Assembly (NCBI GenBank): GCA_965369635.1
Contig: CBDURC010000003.1
Coordinates: 1 to 36,671, forward strand
Source: an uncultured Anaerolineales bacterium
GTDB lineage: Bacteria; Chloroflexota; Anaerolineae; UBA3071
Direction: 5' to 3'
DNA length: 36,671 nucleotides
Shown: positions 35,341 to 36,671 of the stretch, one piece after another
How the letters are laid out: each line of letters opens with the position of its first letter
How positions within the stretch are numbered: position 1 is the first letter of the stretch
Program-made: the position numbers and the translations under genes
Notes under the pieces: generated by a model
What the model was told of the DNA's origin: nothing
Databases searched by the model: none
Seen by the model: the letters and a program-made list of their open reading frames with translations, nothing else

Positions 35341-36510
35341 TCAGGACTCCACAAGGCCAGCGAATACCGCCGCGTTGGCCCAGGTCTCCCGCTCCTGGCC
35401 CTCATCGTCAAAGCGAGGGCTGCGAGGCGCGCTCACGCCCGGCAACTGTATCTCGCCCGGAATGGCCGCCACGACCATTCCCACGCTCTTCTGCAACCAT
35501 GCCAGCGGCAGCCAGTAACGCGTTCCCCACGATCCCGCATAGCTGTGCACCCAAGAGGCTTCGTCCAGATTGATGCGGCTGCGCCATTCGGCGTGGTCGA
35601 GGGTGAGCGCATCGCCGGTGGCATAGTCAATCAGATTGTAGAGCGACATGATTATGTAGGGTTTGGACTCGGGGTAGCTGGCATGAGAGCCCGCCGCCAC
35701 GTAGACGTGTGGATGGGTTCCGGTTTTCTGTATGTCAGGATGATGCCAGGGCTTAGTGATGCGTGAATGATGCCCCAGATAGCAGATGTAGGCCGGCGGT
35801 TCAATGGGACGGTGGCTCGCATCCAGTTTGAGGAAAAGCTGAACGCCCTCCCAATCGCCTTCGTGGTCATTGAAGCCATTGAAGCTGTTGGCCCAATCGT
35901 TGTAACCATAGAAGAACCAGTACTGCAGATTGAGGTAGTCACCTTGCTGCACGGTGCGGTAGTAGTAAGCGTAGTTGCGCCGGTTGCTTTGGCTGTGATC
36001 ATAGTTCTCTAAGGCCGCGTCTCTGACATCGTGCGGCAAGCGGAAGCGGGGCAATTCTGATCGCTGGCCGTGCGGGGAAGCCGCCTGGTCGTCTCGCAGC
36101 AGCAGCTTGTTCCACCAGAAGTGCTTGGTGGCCGACTTCGTTTTCTCGCTGAACCAGTCATAGGCCTTGCGCGCCGCAGTTTCTGACCAGGTATAGATCG
36201 GGGATCGTGACCATCTGTAAAGAAGCCGTATCGTGTCCGTGCCCCAATACCTGGCAACGTCTACGCCACGCATTGACCCCGTGCCCACCGAACGCAGAAA
36301 TGTGTCCTGCGCATAGGCACGGCGGAGGTGGATGGGTTGGACTCGTCCCTGGGGAACAAGCGGCTTGTCTTCGCCCTTTCGGTAGAGGCCTGCGTAAGAG
36401 AGGAAATCCCCTACCGACATCGGAAAGAACCGTTCTTCCCTAGAGAAGTGCATAATGGGCGCGTATTTCTCGTGTAGTTCAAGAGTGTTCACAGAACCAC
36501 TTCCATACAT
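35341..36510 (-). CDS. Vps62/NPP1-related 'HEGDWE' motif protein
   Basis: KYAPIMHFSREERFFP, LQYWFFYGYN, NDHEGDWE, HPHVYVAAGSHASY, YAGSWG. Start 36510 or GTG 36492. Confidence 0.75.
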   Translation of the reverse strand: MYGSGSVNTLELHEKYAPIMHFSREERFFPMSVGDFLSYAGLYRKGEDKPLVPQGRVQPIHLRRAYAQDTFLRSVGTGSMRGVDVARYWGTDTIRLLYRWSRSPIYTWSETAARKAYDWFSEKTKSATKHFWWNKLLLRDDQAASPHGQRSELPRFRLPHDVRDAALENYDHSQSNRRNYAYYYRTVQQGDYLNLQYWFFYGYNDWANSFNGFNDHEGDWEGVQLFLKLDASHRPIEPPAYICYLGHHSRITKPWHHPDIQKTGTHPHVYVAAGSHASYPESKPYIIMSLYNLIDYATGDALTLDHAEWRSRINLDEASWVHSYAGSWGTRYWLPLAWLQKSVGMVVAAIPGEIQLPGVSAPRSPRFDDEGQERETWANAAVFAGLVES

Positions 36511-36579
36511 TATGAATGAAGCAACCGTACATGGACCAAAACTCAGCAACCTCAGAGGCAGCCTCGCTGCCATGCCACT

Positions 36580-36607
36580 ATCATAGCACAACTTGCCCAA
36601 TTTGCAA
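36580..36607 (-). promoter_or_regulatory. Sigma70-type promoter
   Basis: TTGCAA-16bp-TATGAT with extended TG on the minus strand. Confidence 0.5.
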
Positions 36608-36671
36608 AGCTATGACGACAGAAGGCCGATTCCAGACCCCCGAGATCTCGCTTTCAGTTCTTGACAGGTAC

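Overview
GC-rich bacterial chromosomal window, most likely Chloroflexota (Anaerolineae-like). That assignment is inferred from P/T-rich secreted proteins carrying LYLPxxxR motifs, GAAC-N4-GTTC SOS-box usage and short tandem/REP-like intergenic repeats. The left ~8 kb is an accessory, apparently decaying secreted-protein locus on the minus strand. It holds a 2.1 kaa beta-propeller/Rhs(YD) gene with two in-frame stops and no C-terminal toxin, plus a frameshifted small-protein gene behind an 11-bp-periodic operator. A ~260 bp direct duplication of the 5' end of an LVIVD-repeat gene brackets the locus. Next come a LexA-boxed radical SAM-HhH gene with a Tag-like glycosylase, a lipoprotein, a membrane-anchored Pcm convergent with a spermidine-synthase-like membrane protein, nfnAB, a secreted propeller protein, an ATP-cone/kinase fusion, csp and RRM genes, tRNA-His and an HNH gene. 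Further right lie an unannotated promoter/strong-SD/17-codon transcript, an operon headed by a UGA-recoded (Cys-Gly-Sec) UshA-like lipoprotein that the ORF track splits in two, a nitrilase-family protein lacking its catalytic Cys, a partial Dpp/Opp transporter, and a HEGDWE/Gly-rich/trypsin cluster. All calls are by eye; no database searches were run.
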